A stretch of 63,913 bases of DNA, the filler included, from Choristocarpus tenellus KU-1152 (lineage: Eukaryota; Protista; Phaeophyceae): assembly GCA_964200185.2 (NCBI GenBank). It is 11 parts of 11 records of this genome, joined end to end, with 100 filler letters (N's around TTAATTAATTAA, not from the genome) between each part and the next. Parts side by side here need not be neighbours in the genome. Positions count along the whole stretch, not along the records: positions 1 to 17,299 come from CAXNAD020000689.1; positions 17,400 to 25,676 come from CAXNAD020004904.1; positions 25,777 to 28,724 come from CAXNAD020023447.1; 8 more parts are not named here. One strand, given 5' to 3'. This document shows positions 14,901-27,767 of the stretch, piece after piece. The notes under the pieces were generated by a model. It made no database searches and was not told where the DNA came from. It saw nothing but the letters and a program-made list of their open reading frames with translations. Numbering within the stretch: position 1 is the stretch's first letter; the number at the start of each line of letters is the position of its first letter. The position numbers were made by a program, and so were the translations under genes.

Positions 14901-17299
14901 CATCGCAAGAGAGTGGAGGTAACTTGACAGGCACTCAGGGTAGAGTAATGACCTGATGAACTTCTGTTGTTTGCCTTCAAGGATAATGTACAAAATATTT
15001 GTTGTATGCATGTACTACCCCTCACCTCTGAGTCGCCCTGCCACTAAGACAAGGCTGCCTGCGAAAGAAATAATTCCAAGGATGTACGATAAATGATGAG
15101 GAGTCAGGGATGGAGTTACTTCACATACACTAAAACATGGGAAAACAAGAACTCAAAACCTAGAGTATACTAGGTGACAAAATTTGACATTCTATTAGCA
15201 TCAGCAACAGCCCGAAAATGCCCCCATCACCCATTGGTCCTCCTACCACTGTCCCCAGAAAAAAAAACTACAGCACATTCCCACCCTAACCTGGATGTGT
15301 GTGTTGAAAAAAAAGGTTAGTGTTATCTTGCGACGAGCTACTTCAATACCAAATACCTGACTCATTCCACTCTTGTTCAAGTACAACCCTTCAAATCCAT
15401 CGTAGCCCAGCAAGGGATTGAGATGGCGGTTGAAGGACTTAAGCTCACACTCCTGATATGCACGTGACAGGCCGGGCGGGGCAGGGGGGGGGCGGTCAAG
15501 AGCGTATGCATTTTCCCACATACAACATTGTGGTTTTGTGAACATGAGGCAACTTTCATAGGGACGATGAATCTTGTACTTGAGCCCGCCGGTTGCTTCA
15601 GTCGTTATTTTCCTTCTTGCCATATGTCAAAGTATTGGAGTAATTCAAAGTCTCCACTATACACTCTTTAGAAATGATTACTAGAATACAGTACAAACAA
15701 CACTAACAAGAAGGGAATCAGCAATAGAGGAAAGGCAACTCCCCTGTTCATTCTAAGAACTACAATCCTGGCGGGCAATATCAGATTCATATTGGGAGGG
15801 CCCTTTGGTCCCTAGCTGTTTACCCTTTGAAGATAACAGACAATGAGCAAAATAAATTGGAAAAACACCTTCTGATGCACTCACATACTATCTTACATTA
15901 GGGTGGAAAGAGCAGAGGGGGAAGGGTGGGGGGCAGTCATAAAAGAAGAGACACACCTGCAGGAACATAAGGTCGGCCTGGTACCCTCTGAGCTCACCCA
16001 GGATCACCTGTAGGCGAAAACTGGTCAAGCGATACTCCCTGGGGCAATAAGGGTACAGGATCTTGTCTGCCTGCTCTGAGGTACAGTACCTTCTTGGTTC
16101 CAGCACATCCAAATGAGGTACACATATTAGAGGGAAGGAGAGGGGTCCCATGGGTACGGCATAGGAGATGGTGAGGAAGAGAGAGGGGATAGAGGTTACA
16201 TGTGGTGGTCAGCTGGGTCAACAGTCAGGGAATGGGCAAGGGCGAGGAGAGGAAAGCAATCGATTAGAAGATTGAGAGGAGTGTGATAGGTTACCAAGCG
16301 TGAAGGGCACTCAAGAACCTCCTTTTGTAATCTACACACCTCTTCACAGCGGGGAAAATTAGGTTTCCCCTAACACAACACAACACAACATAATACAACA
16401 ATGCACTCAGTACTAGTGACCTCCTGTCCCCCTACACCTAGCAAAGCAGTCCCGGCTGAGGAGACAACATAACAAGAGGACAAAACGCTTGAAGGGCTTG
16501 ACATTGAACCTAACCCTCACAAAAATGAAGTGTGTACATGATCACTTGTTTTGGGTTGAGAAGGGAAGATATCCCCCAAAAAAAAGGTATCCATGCTGTC
16601 CGTTATTGAAAACAAAACGTGAGAGCAGGGGACATGAAGTCCACTGCAATGCCTTCTTTGTGACAATAGCGCTAGTAACACTCAAGCCGGTGCTCAAGAA
16701 TCCACTCCACTTTTTCATTTGACAATGTTGCCTGCTGTAGCACATCCGATCCCTAAATAGCACCAACCGTGTACTCCCACAACTTGAAATTGGTACCAAT
16801 AAACATCGAAACACTGTTCTTGGTACCTCTTCGTGGACGGTTCTTGGGACCCGCATACCTGCTACTACAGGGGGAGTCTGGGAATACAGAGAGCATTCAA
16901 CACAACAGCCCTGCCTCTGCTATGGCCACATGGGGGGCAGGTACGGTTTCGTCCCTTAAGGATCATTACATAAGTATCATTATATAAGGATCATTACATA
17001 AATATGGATTATGGGTCATGTTGAAAGTCAAAAACAGAGAGATTACTCCCAACTAAGAGGCAATGTAGGCAGGACAGAGGAGGGGTGATGGAGGTGCAAC
17101 GGTAGTTCAACGGGGCCTCACATGTCAGCAAGAATGTTGTAGCACACCCAACGCAGACACTGTCGACTCTTGTCCTTCCCTCCAACACCCTGTCTGCTCA
17201 CTGTGCCAGTCCCATTCCCCCCCTGGGTCACGGTACACCCCCTTGTTCCAGCCTCGCCCACAGTCCCTGTCACAGACCCAGGCACTATACCGTCCCCAG
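8996..17299 (-). CDS. PDE12: EEP-superfamily nuclease, 2',5'-phosphodiesterase 12 / CCR4-like, 5'-truncated. Exons: >17299-17122, 16089-15957, 15452-15357, 12393-12191, 11399-11316, 10640-10479, 9650-9556, 9390-8996
   Basis: Phase-consistent exons give the EEP motifs in order: CYNILAD, LYPYC...R, ADLMFLQE, EGLAIFYR, NTHLYFHP...HLRLMQ, AGDLNS, FTNFT..F.ETLDYVF, FPSDH. NTHLYFHP and LYPYC are typical of the PDE12 branch. The symbol is by motif resemblance. Confidence 0.88.
13044..13087. repeat. Minisatellite (ACCAGTAAGT)x4
   Basis: Direct reading. Confidence 0.95.
14537..15207. mobile_element. Foldback/MITE with ~100-bp imperfect TIRs in a PDE12 intron
   Basis: ttttgtcacctagtatactctaggttttgagttct...cccatgtt.tagtgta.gtgaag (14566-14633) is inverted at about 15119-15182, with weaker pairing outside this. 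Confidence 0.75.
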
Positions 17300-17399
17300 N
17301 NNNNNNNNNNNNNNNNNNNNNNNNNNNNNNNNNNNNNNNNNNNTTAATTAATTAANNNNNNNNNNNNNNNNNNNNNNNNNNNNNNNNNNNNNNNNNNNN
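17300..17399. other. Artificial contig linker (N44-TTAATTAATTAA-N44)
   Basis: Identical 100-nt spacer with stops in all six frames, repeated 10 times in the window. Confidence 0.99.
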
Positions 17400-17522
17400 C
17401 CCCCCCAAGATACTTTGACCCCCTGTTGTTCTTCAATGGTCTTTGATTCATGAACTTGTTATCCAAAAAATAAAAGGTATTAATGTGAGTGAGTATGTGC
17501 ACAAAGATCTGTTGAAACAGGC

Positions 17523-17584
17523 TTATTGTTATTATTATTATTATTATTGTTGTTGTCATCATTATCATCATCATTACTATTGCG

Positions 17585-17643
<59 letters not shown>

Positions 17644-17688
17644 CATTACAGTTATGATTATTATTATTATGATCATTACTATTACTGT
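17523..17688. repeat. Imperfect (ATT)n microsatellite
   Basis: Direct reading. Confidence 0.95.
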
Positions 17689-18399
17689 TGTCGGGGATAG
17701 GTCACCTCTTTTGGGATCTCCAACAATGATGAGGATAATACGCGCGGTCATATACATTTGCGCGCGTCACCTTTGGCATTTGAGGTCAGAGTAAGTGATG
17801 TGCTGTGGGTCAGATGCACGAATGGCACGCGGTAACCCCGACATGAATGGTGGATTCAAACCAGCAAAGGCCGAGATTGTGTTTTCTGTTCTGGCTGGTC
17901 ACAACCAATCATATTTAAGATTGATCCACACTGAGGTTGTCAGCATACACCCAGCATGCCTCAGTCTCATCTTTCACTTCCTTTCTGAACCTCATCTCTG
18001 GTGGTTCTCATCACCCCCCATCAAACAGAACCAGGCCCCAGTACACTATTACTATTAGTAGGAGTAGTAGAAGTAGTAGTAGTAGTATAGTATTAAGATG
18101 GTGGAACTAATAATGCCAAAGAATAATCGTGTGAGATAGACAAACAGGATATACATATAAATAATGTTTGACGAGGCAAGTGACGTGAACGGATCGGTCT
18201 TTGACAGCTATCACTTCCTGCAGTGGTTCAAGCTAAACCATGATCCTTCCCAACTAGACAGGGTTCTATTCTGTCACATCCCCAAGGACGTGGAGTGTAA
18301 TGACCATCCCCATAATGCCTTTAATCCCTTCCATGCACTCTAAGAACATTCCCCCTCTACTTGAGGAATAGTCTACAAGTTTCCTCGGGTTTGGTAAAA

Positions 18400-18692
18400 G
18401 TACACCCACCTTTCGACCCTCTTAGTTATAATCTCAACACTTTCGCGATGGAAAGTTTGGGGCGCCTTGAAAAACAAGCAGAAGGTTTCTCAGATGAATT
18501 AGCTATCCATGCAGTAGGGGTGAGAAGGGTGGGAGGATACAGTAAAAAAGGGTCTGTCAAGCGCTGTTTGAGACATAGTGTCCATCACTATACAGGTAGT
18601 TCTCTCGAGACGCGTCATGTGTTTCAAGCAAGAGACACCAGGAAGATGGGCAAGAAGAGGCCTGCAGATTCTTGGGATGCTCTCCTAGCTCC
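18400..18692 (+). mobile_element. Degenerate 3' end of an RLE-type (CRE-like) non-LTR retrotransposon, copy 2
   Basis: Encodes FDPLSYNLNTFAMESLGRLEKQAEGFSDELA...KKGSVK. This resembles the F.PFA.E..GRLG..A..FL..LA end of restriction-like endonuclease domains. A second copy lies at 1295-1590. Confidence 0.6.
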
Positions 18693-19190
18693 TTGCCTAC
18701 CTTCGTAGAATTAAACTGGGTTAGAAGCATAGCAGCGCACGTATTGCGCATGTTACAGAGCGCTCCACAAGCTTATCATGATGGGATATGTAGCTTCAAT
18801 CCAAAAAAGCTTGTAGGCGGATGACGAGGTTCGTAGAAGGCTCCAAAAAGGAAATGTCGTTAAATGTGCTGGATCTTTCGCTTCGATTATTCGCTTTATT
18901 GCTTTGAAAGGGGTATAAACAGGACTGAACAAACATGTACCACCTCTTTGCGGCATCATGATGACTAAATAATAAACGAATTGTCAGAAGGTACAAATAT
19001 ATAAAATTTAGGTCTTTAAGGTCATACTGGCGTTTATGAAACCCCCATTAAGATACACATCGCCTGTGACATACATTGTTACCAATCTTTAAGGGAGCAT
19101 TATTGTATTGTTAGTGTTCAAATAGTAAAAAAGTATTTCTTGCATTATTAACGACGAATGATGTTTTTCCAACAGCCCTTGTGATATAGT

Positions 19191-19500
19191 TTCGGTTTTT
19201 CCCTGACACACACATGTGAGCCAAACCAATTGAGAGGTAGGCAGGTTTGAACCCTTTTGCAATCTAAGCAGTCTTTCTTCTTACCCTGTGCAATACAATA
19301 TTTTTCATTGCTTTATTATGTGCACAGTAGTATACGCTAAATTGATAATCTCCCTTTCCACACACAAAGTGACATTAAGCAAAGGCTCTTTTTCAATTGT
19401 ACAAAATGGAGCATTTTCGCCCATTCTTGGGATCCTTAAAACGCAACCCGGCCTACCTCTTAATTGGTTTGGCTCTCTACAAAATGTCAGGGAGCAAATA
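19191..19500. mobile_element. MITE with ~55-bp imperfect TIRs, ends similar to family 2
   Basis: tccctgaca...gagccaaaccaattgagaggtaggc pairs with gcctacctcttaattggtttggctc...tgtcaggga. Confidence 0.7.
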
Positions 19501-19906
19501 TATATACACACTCCAATACTTATCATACTAAGTGCAGGCTAAAAATGTTGCAATAATTATACTGCCTCCGTTCCTGACTTAATTCTCTCGCGTTGGGTTC
19601 AGCACTCCCCCCACCCCTCTTCCCTCCATCTCCTCCCTTGTGTGAGGCAGGGATACTTCTAGGGGTTTCTACAGGATACGCCAAGTACGCACAAGTATGC
19701 CATAAAGCATGTTTGATGGCAATCCTGGCATTGGACTGGTGATAATTTGAACGTGTCGTAGTCAGAAAGCAGTCCTGTTCTGACGAACGGTGTCAAGTTC
19801 CAATCACTATACGGATGCGCAGCCTTTCCCACAATATAGAACCCTAAGTGAAGGGTATCCAACCACTTCTGAGCTCCTGACAACGTCCATATAGTTTGAT
19901 ACTTTG

Positions 19907-20176
19907 GAACCATAGTATCTTAGAGGGAGGGTGTTTGGAGCGTGTTGTCCATTCAGGGCTTGGCGGGGTATCGTAAGACACCCCAGTTTGATGCCCGTTT
20001 TGGGTGTGATTTCCTTCATATTTGGTTCAGGCAGGGGGGTGAATAAGGAGGGTGTATTCAGATGAAGAAAACTGCCCTTTCGTCTGACACGTTAACTCAG
20101 ATAACATGAAAATCACTACAAGTTTACACAGGCCCCGAATGGACACCTGTCCCCCCCCTCTAGGATACTATGGGTC
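19907..20176. mobile_element. MITE related to family 1 (similar TIRs, different interior)
   Basis: gaaccatagtatcttagaggg...gtccattcagggc at the left and gccccgaatggaca...ccctctaggatactatgggtc at the right. Confidence 0.75.
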
Positions 20177-20585
20177 TTGTAATCCTGGAGGTGTTCATGG
20201 TCACCCTCTCAAACTGTACATGGCATCACACACTTACTGGGAGAGGTGGAGGAATGGTTTGGAAAGGTTCATAGATAAGCCGTCGCTTTGCCGTTATTTA
20301 GTTGCTAAGAATGTGAAGAGTAAGGAGGGTATCTGATAGCAAGAGCAGTTGAATGCAGGTTTCAACAGGAAGGCGAAAGCTCCTGCATAGTGAATCCAAT
20401 GCGTGCATTTTATCATCTGCAGGTTCAGTTCATTGTAGTTCATGTGCTTTGAAAACAAACGTATAGGTGCTGGATTAAACTTGATGAAGATATTGTGTAG
20501 AATACGATATGAAGTACAAAGTTTTTCCCTAAACACATCCGCAAAATGTCAGAGGGCATAATAGTATAATATATGAATTACAAAC

Positions 20586-21073
20586 AGGTTTGATGCAAAA
20601 AACAGCCCACCAACTGCACCAACACATCTAGACATGATACCGACACGACTTTGTCGCCTGAATCTGTCCGAGACACAGTCCAACTCATTTTTTGAGGGCC
20701 AGTCCAGCGTGAGCTCCTTGCAATTCACGATTGCAAGCATAACCCTCTTGGTCATCTCGTATCCTGTCGTTTTAGTGGTGATGGTGGCATTTATGAGTTC
20801 ATGGACACCGACATCAGCCAGAAACTATGGGCAGGTAAGACCCCACTCCCCTGGAACAGCTCTGTTCCAGAGGCAGCCTATCCTCTTCTCCCTTTTAAGA
20901 GAAGTTTGTAGCAGACTGTATAAAGCAGAAAAGAGCAGAAATTCCATGCGGATCATTCGCGGAAAGTGTGATCCTGCAGCATAGGCCCAGTGTCGATACA
21001 TCATCGTCATCCCAAACGTCTCACCAACAATGAACTTCTTGTTCCACGCCCTCTTAGTCCCCGATGCCCGCAA
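20586..21073 (-). pseudogene. PIF/Harbinger-type (DDE_Tnp_4) transposase remnant
   Basis: Reads FPRMIRMEFLLFSALYSLL...*FLAD...RVMLAIVNCKELTLDWPSKNELDCVSDRFRRQSRVGIMSRCVGAVGGL. It has an in-frame stop, and the catalytic Asp of the CVGAIDG motif is replaced by Gly. Confidence 0.75.
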
Positions 21074-24043
21074 TTAATTATGGCAAGGGGAAGAAATATT
21101 GTGTGTATTGAACAAAAAGCATTCTGGTCACCTTTGCTCCATTTGCCGTCCTTGAACCCTGGCCATTGAGGACGATACACAACATATCCTTGTATTTCCC
21201 TAGTGCATTGTGTGAGAGATAATATGTGTGTGTTATGTGGTGTGGATGGAGTGTCCAAGTTGACTGACACCTGAAGATGGGAATATATTGACTTGTGGTT
21301 TTTGAAATGTACGGTAATTATTCTGTTTCGGTCCTCATACAACTCACATCCTACTATTTCTTTCTTAGAAAGTCAACATCACAAATCCATTTTAAAAAAT
21401 ATGTTGTTTTTTATGACGTCATTGGTTGTCTTGTGACGTCAATGTAATGATTTATATGTTTATGGTGTTCGCAGTCGCCTCTAGCATAATAAGACTAATC
21501 TAGATGAATTTCGAGGTGATGCAAGGCGTCCTGACCGGTGATCAGCACATCAAATCAAAGCTGAGATCAAATGCCATCGATTGGGGCAAAGAATCAGGTC
21601 CCAGATTACTTTGTATTGAGTTAGTAAATGCCGAAAGGTTTGGTTGAATTGCCAAAAAAATGAAATTCGCTGAAAGTCATATTATCAAGAACTTTCTCCC
21701 CTATTCAGGTTAGCATATTTTTTGAACTTTTTCTCAGACAACATCAAATCATACCAAACCTCCCATTTTTCGTGTCACTTTTTTTAAAGTTTTTGCACCA
21801 CCATCAAATCATCCCCAAGCCTCCCCCTTTTCGCTCAGTGTAGCTGTTCAACTTTTTCGAGCCTCCACCAAAAAATGAAATCTTCGAAGAGAAATCTTGA
21901 AAATAACGTAATAGCAACACCCTATCTATACAATGGGCTTGTCATGGACAGACGCTAGTTCTGACATAATAATATTAAGAGGAACTCTTCTCCATAATGC
22001 GCGTTTGTTTACTTGCCATCACACACTCATCACGTGTTCATCATGTCAAGGGTACACATAGTCTCGATAATATCGCGGGTGTGCTCGCTCCAAGTAAATG
22101 AATGTTTGCACTGGCTCTATTCAATCACCATCCACACCGCTTACTACTTCTACCAAGGATCTATGTACGTATTTTCCTACCAATAAAGAAAGCACTCTTC
22201 TCACTACTACTGTATGTATTATGAAGCAGCCACGCACATCAACAACAGGAGGAGCAGAAATAGCACAGAAAAACAGAGTATTGACAGAACTAGTATTTTC
22301 ACTTCCTGGTACTACTGCAACTTCAAAACACATTTGAACCTTCAGACAAAATACAACATAATTTCTCAACATTGTTGTGTTCTTTGTTTAAATATTACAA
22401 AGTATTATGACAGTACTATACATAATATATGTAATACTATTGCAATTCTATACAAAATATGGACAAGCTTGGATCAGTCTGCAACAAAATCACACCAGAA
22501 TCCACGAATAGAACAGGTCTTCTACTGCCTCGCAACCCTTCAATAACCCATCCCAACTCTTTCTCTATTATCTATTCATCTCATGACTTTAAAAGACATG
22601 TACACAACAGGTACTACCAGCCAGCACCACTCCCTCACACACAGGCAAGAAACATGCATGCAATGTTCAAAAAGAGGCAGGAGGATCAAGGTTTGCAAAC
22701 AAGAGAGAAGATTTTGGCGAGTTCTTATATTTCCAACTACATATTGCTTTTGTGGGGTGTTGCAGCAGCAATCCTGTGAAGAGAGCTTGCTGATGTGCTG
22801 GGAGGTGCAGGTTCCCAATACCCGAGACAGTGATGGGGTTGGATAATAATTGACAAAGCACACAGAGTTGGGGGATGCGAAACCACATCTTGGCCTCAGC
22901 CAACGGTCCATTGTGCAGGGCGGCCAAGTTAGACACACAAACAACTCAAACTGTACGACGAATCACCATCAACAGACATACTACTTTCAACCAAACCAGG
23001 AAATACTGCCTAATACTTAGTACTCCTTACGTGGTACTTCAATCTCTGCCAAGGTCTGACAACACAATAACAACAGACTGCCACTTCCACCAAGGTTTCA
23101 TCCCAGGTGGGTAGTACTCACTCACTCCCGTCCCATAAATCATACACACAGAACAACCACGCCTTGGGATCACACAGGTAGCCATGCATTGGACACAGTG
23201 CTTCTCACCCCCAATGCACAATAAACACCACACTCAATTGTTGGTCCTGCCATCCGTTCTCTCTACTTGAAGCACAGCACAGACCTGTCTCTGTGGGCAG
23301 TACCCAATCCTCTACCTTCAATGACACCTACCACAACCCGCCACCTTATCACAAAAATGAAATTATTTCCGCAGGCTTTACTAAATATCCAGATAGAGAA
23401 TTGCACCCCTCCCCTATATTCAGATAATCAGCTATCTGGAGGAAACAACTAGGGGGTGGGACAAATAGTTTTTCACCAAAATGTGACCTGCTGTGATCCT
23501 CCCTTATAAACCCTATTCGGCATCCTGGATAAATATTCCGATTAAAGCCCTACCACACGATAGACTCGGAGAAAACTCTTCACACCAACGAATCACTTCA
23601 AACCTGAGGAGTGTGAAGTCATCAGGGTAACACGGCTCTCTCCCAGAGGGACACCATGCTGTTTGTGTCCTCAACTCCTGCTGGCATCCTACACCCCCAC
23701 TCTTCATACTTCCCTAAATTCAAGGATGCAATCTCAAACCAATGAGTAATGCATAGCCGTAACTCCACTGTAATGTACAAAGTCCACACACTCTTTCACA
23801 CCCCTTCATTCTCTCTATTGCATGACACAGAAGGCGCCAATGCACACACTAATGCAGACACTCCAACGCGCGCGCGCACACACACACACACATACACATA
23901 CACAAAACAATGAGGTACCAAAAAAAATCACACAGGGGAGCCAACTGAAAAAAAAAGAGGAGGAAGGAAAGAAATAAAAATAGAATACTGTGGCACTCGC
24001 AATCACAACATTCCATGGTGAAGAAGTATCAGAATTTATGGCA

Positions 24044-25428
24044 TCATGCCTCTACATTGTCAAGGAACTGCTCCTTAGCGCTCTGCTTGCTATGGCGAGA
24101 GCGAATGCGGTCTGTGGTGAGTTGCTTCCTGCGCCCACTGTTCTTGGAATAGAACGGCTTCTCCCCACCCGTCCCACCCCACTTTGAAACCCCAAGTATT
24201 TCGCGCAGGAGTTCGTTGCACTGCATTTGGGTCTGTTACACCAAAAAAAGGGAGTGGGGGTGTCAAGACTGTGCCTTTTATTCATGTGTAAAAGATGATT
24301 CTGTAGGAGAAACAATGAATTGTTGAACTATCATTGGATAACAAGATAATTGATGGCAATGTCTTTGTCATGTGACTACGACAATATTAGGGTTAGGGTT
24401 ATTGTAGTACAACAAGAACAATCCTAGAAAAGGAATGTTGTAGCAAGTGGCACAGATTGAGTGACAAGTAATAAGCGATCAGGGATGAGTGAAAGATTCA
24501 TCACACACACACACCCTTTAATGGTGTTTCTCACAACTTTCTACCTACTACAACATAACTGAGAAGGAGTTAATCTACATATTTCAACATCAAGACTTGG
24601 GATTCTACACATTCTTTAACAGGGGGGGGGGGGGGATCCACGGGGAGCGTGGGTGCAAGAAAAGGGCAAAGTTCTCAGAAGTGCATTCGAACAACACAGT
24701 AAGAGCAAGACTTGTTGTTCATGCTTAGTAGTAACAAATCCTCACTGCTGATCGATCAACTGATTTATTTAATTGGAACATACACATTAGTTGAAATGTT
24801 GTGAGGCTTGTAATAAGATCTGGCAGAGCACAAGGAGGAGGACATAAAATATTAAAACAAATAAATGACCAAGAAAAAAGGGACTCCTCAACTACACTAC
24901 TCATTGATATTCAGCACTCATCATATAAAGCACACTGCAAGTACGTATCCAATCTACCCTAACCCTACCACGATGCCCATCTTTACACACACACACACAC
25001 ACACACATCACAAAAGCAGGAGTCAAGAAACGTCACTGTCAAATATCAATAATTGAATCATCAACAAACATATCAAGGGTTAGGGTTGGATGAGGACCTT
25101 GTGAGCACAAAAAATAACACTTTTTCACCAACAGAACAGGGTTCTACGTTACAAGAGGCCTATAACTCCCCCCAGCTCTTTACAATTTTCACAAAAAAGT
25201 GTGTGTGGGGAGGGGGGAGAAGGGGAGGGGGGGGCATTCTTGGCTTGCCTGAAAGCCGCTCTGAAGGCAATTGCGGAGAGCATTGAGCTGCTTGATGTGG
25301 GCCCAGTCCCCTACGCTGAGACTCCCATTCTGCAGGCTAACCATCTCTTCAGGAGGATCGTCCTCTGCCACTGTTGCATACAGCTCCCGAAACACCTGTC
25401 GCTGTTCTTTCTTTTTCCCCTTGCTCAT
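24044..25428 (-). CDS. Interferon-related developmental regulator (IFRD) domain protein, last two exons: 25428-25249, 24232-24044
   Basis: KKKEQRQVFRELYATVAEDDPPEE...SVGDWAHIKQLNALRNCLQSGFQ/TQMQCNELLREIL matches the IFRD family pattern (K.QR..FR....TVE....PE...W....QL..L...LG.GF..HL..N.LLR.IF). It ends with the IFRD_C-like tail RIRSRHSKQ. Confidence 0.8.
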
Positions 25429-25676
25429 CTGGTGTAAAACCAGAACCCACGAAGACAGCCAGGGCAGGAGAGTTGGAAGTGGTGAAAGGGGTGGTCAGGC
25501 AGGCAGGCGAGTACATCAGCGCATGGTGTTTCAGGCATAAAATACCTCACAGATTCTGATGAGACCACGGCTTTTCTATTGTGACAATGACTGACTATCC
25601 AGGCGCATGAATACGAATGTCCACCCCCCCCCGCACCCCCCCCCCCACCCCCCCCCCCACCCACAAACCCCCCACC

Positions 25677-25776
25677 NNNNNNNNNNNNNNNNNNNNNNNN
25701 NNNNNNNNNNNNNNNNNNNNTTAATTAATTAANNNNNNNNNNNNNNNNNNNNNNNNNNNNNNNNNNNNNNNNNNNN
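25677..25776. other. Artificial contig linker
   Basis: Same spacer. Confidence 0.99.
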
Positions 25777-25843
25777 ACATCCAATCACCAACCCGTGCGA
25801 CCCCTTCACAACTGATTTCCAGTCACCACCCCACCCTTCACCC

Positions 25844-25924
25844 CCACTCAACCCCACACCAGTCACCGCTCCACTCAACCCCACACCAGTTATCATTCCT
25901 CTCAACCCCACACCAGTTACCACT
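25844..25924. repeat. 27-bp minisatellite x3
   Basis: cc(a/t)ctcaaccccacaccagt at 25844, 25871 and 25898. Confidence 0.9.
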
Positions 25925-27569
25925 CCCCTACACCATTCAACACCACTCCATAATCATCCAAGAACCCTTCATCATCGACTTCATACCATGCCTTTGAACT
26001 AGAAGACATCTACCCTGCCCGAACTTGACCTCCTCTCCCTTTACCCAGCATCCCAATCGGTCGTGAGCAAGCGAAAGGGTGGGTGGGCGGGAGAACTTGC
26101 TCGGAGGTTTTCTTGTTCTAGCCCTCCTCGTCTTGTACCACCAACCCTAGGTTTACTTTTTCTTCTTATCTTGTGACTCTACCTACCAACCACTTCGTTA
26201 ACTTCTCTCTTACCTCCTAATCACCGAGTACTTAACTCTTCGTTCACCCTTTGACTACGTTTTCTTTTTCGTCCTTATTTCTCCCTCCCCTCTATATCAT
26301 TCCTACCAGAATTCTTCTACCTACAAAGTGAGAGTTTATGAAGTATTCTGAGTTTTGTGGGCGTAAGAATTCTGGTAGGCTGGGGGCAAAGGACAGGTGT
26401 GGGCAGGGAGAAGAAAAAGAAGGAAGCAGGAAGAGAACGAATAGTTAAGGAAGGGAAGAGAAGGTTAATGGAAATGGGTGGTAGATAAGGGGAGGAATGG
26501 CATCAAGTCAGTGATAGAAGGGAAGAGAATCAGGGGTACAAGACGGGGAGGGGAGACCAAGGCAACCTCCGAGCAAGCTCTCGCCGGAGTGGATCAAGAC
26601 ATAACCCGAACAATCTTTCCGACAGCTGGAAGGGAGAAAATTCCGAGGGGAGGGGCGGGGATGCCTAAGAAGCGGATACGGAAATAGTAAGAAAAGGTCG
26701 ACAAGGTAAGGGGGCTGGTGAATGAGACGATGAATAACAGTGTGGATAGGTGTAGGGTGGGTATGGAATACGGGTAGTGAAGTGGGTAGATTCAGACATA
26801 ATACAAGGGGTATCGGGGAAAATCCATAGGACAAGAAATTACGAAAGGTGGACCACGACATAATGGTGGAGTGAAACAAGGGAAAGGGTTGATGGCCCTG
26901 CCAGAGTTCCAGTCCAAGAGAGTGACGGAAAGTAGGAGTAGGGTGTGCCGGTTATGCCACAAACATGGTCAGCCCATGGAGATCACGATAAAAAGGGGAA
27001 AGTTAATTGTTCGGGAGAGGAGTAGCGTACCTGCGCTAATCTCGTGGAGTAAGTGCAATTTTAGATATCGCTCGAACGATAGGGCCAGGACTGATGCTAG
27101 GTTTATACCGATCGGTGGGATCGCGTGGATTTATTTTTCTGCTGCTTACGTCGTTCAACCTAACTCAATAGAAAAAAAAAAATCAAATGCGTGGACTCAC
27201 TGTAGGATGATGTAGGGGGGCCCATTTCGTTTAAGGGCAACGCGTGGAAGTTACGAGGTTAGTGATGGACGTTTACTAAGCGCAGGCACCATGTGAATCA
27301 GGGGTTATTTCATTATGAGTAGCCATAGAATTTATGGGTTATAGCTACAAACTGGGAAAGAACGTGGCTTAGAAAACAAAACAAATAAGAAAACCTACAT
27401 AGGTATTCCAGAGTACCGAATGAGGCCACAGGGTAGGTGGAGATTCTAGGTTGAGTCACAGCTACGAAATTAAGTACAGATAATGCCAGAGTCCCGGATG
27501 GACATGCAGTAGGTGGGAATTTAGGTGGGGTAAATGTCTCGAAAGTAAGAACTGGGGATTGGCAGTAGA

Positions 27570-27767
27570 TATTTTGATGTAATTTTGGCGATCGTGTTTG
27601 TAAGGAAGTCTCAATATCCTTGTTTCAGACACAAGTTTTCATAACATATACATTTAATCTCTTCCAACCATTTCGGATTAAGTAAAATGTCATAGAAAAC
27701 CTGTGAGAAGCTAAGGCCCAAATGGACAAAGAGGACAAAACTCGTACCCTCGAAGATACTTTCACTC
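27570..27767 (+). mobile_element. MITE family 1, truncated diverged copy
   Basis: attttgatgtaattttggc...caaatggacaaa...ctcgtaccctcgaagatactttcactc. Confidence 0.8.

Noticed and set aside
17344-17355. Repeated TTAATTAATTAA as a biological repeat or CRISPR-like array
   Set aside because: Always centred in exactly 44+44 Ns. It is a six-frame-stop assembly linker.
17344-17757. Poly-Ile/poly-Tyr ORFs (also poly-Thr at 59740-60078 and YIHT repeats at 58733-59002)
   Set aside because: These are translations of microsatellites.
26300-27100. Purine-skewed stretches suggesting decayed LINEs (also 40-420 and 33580-34040)
   Set aside because: No RT or endonuclease motif was recognisable by eye.
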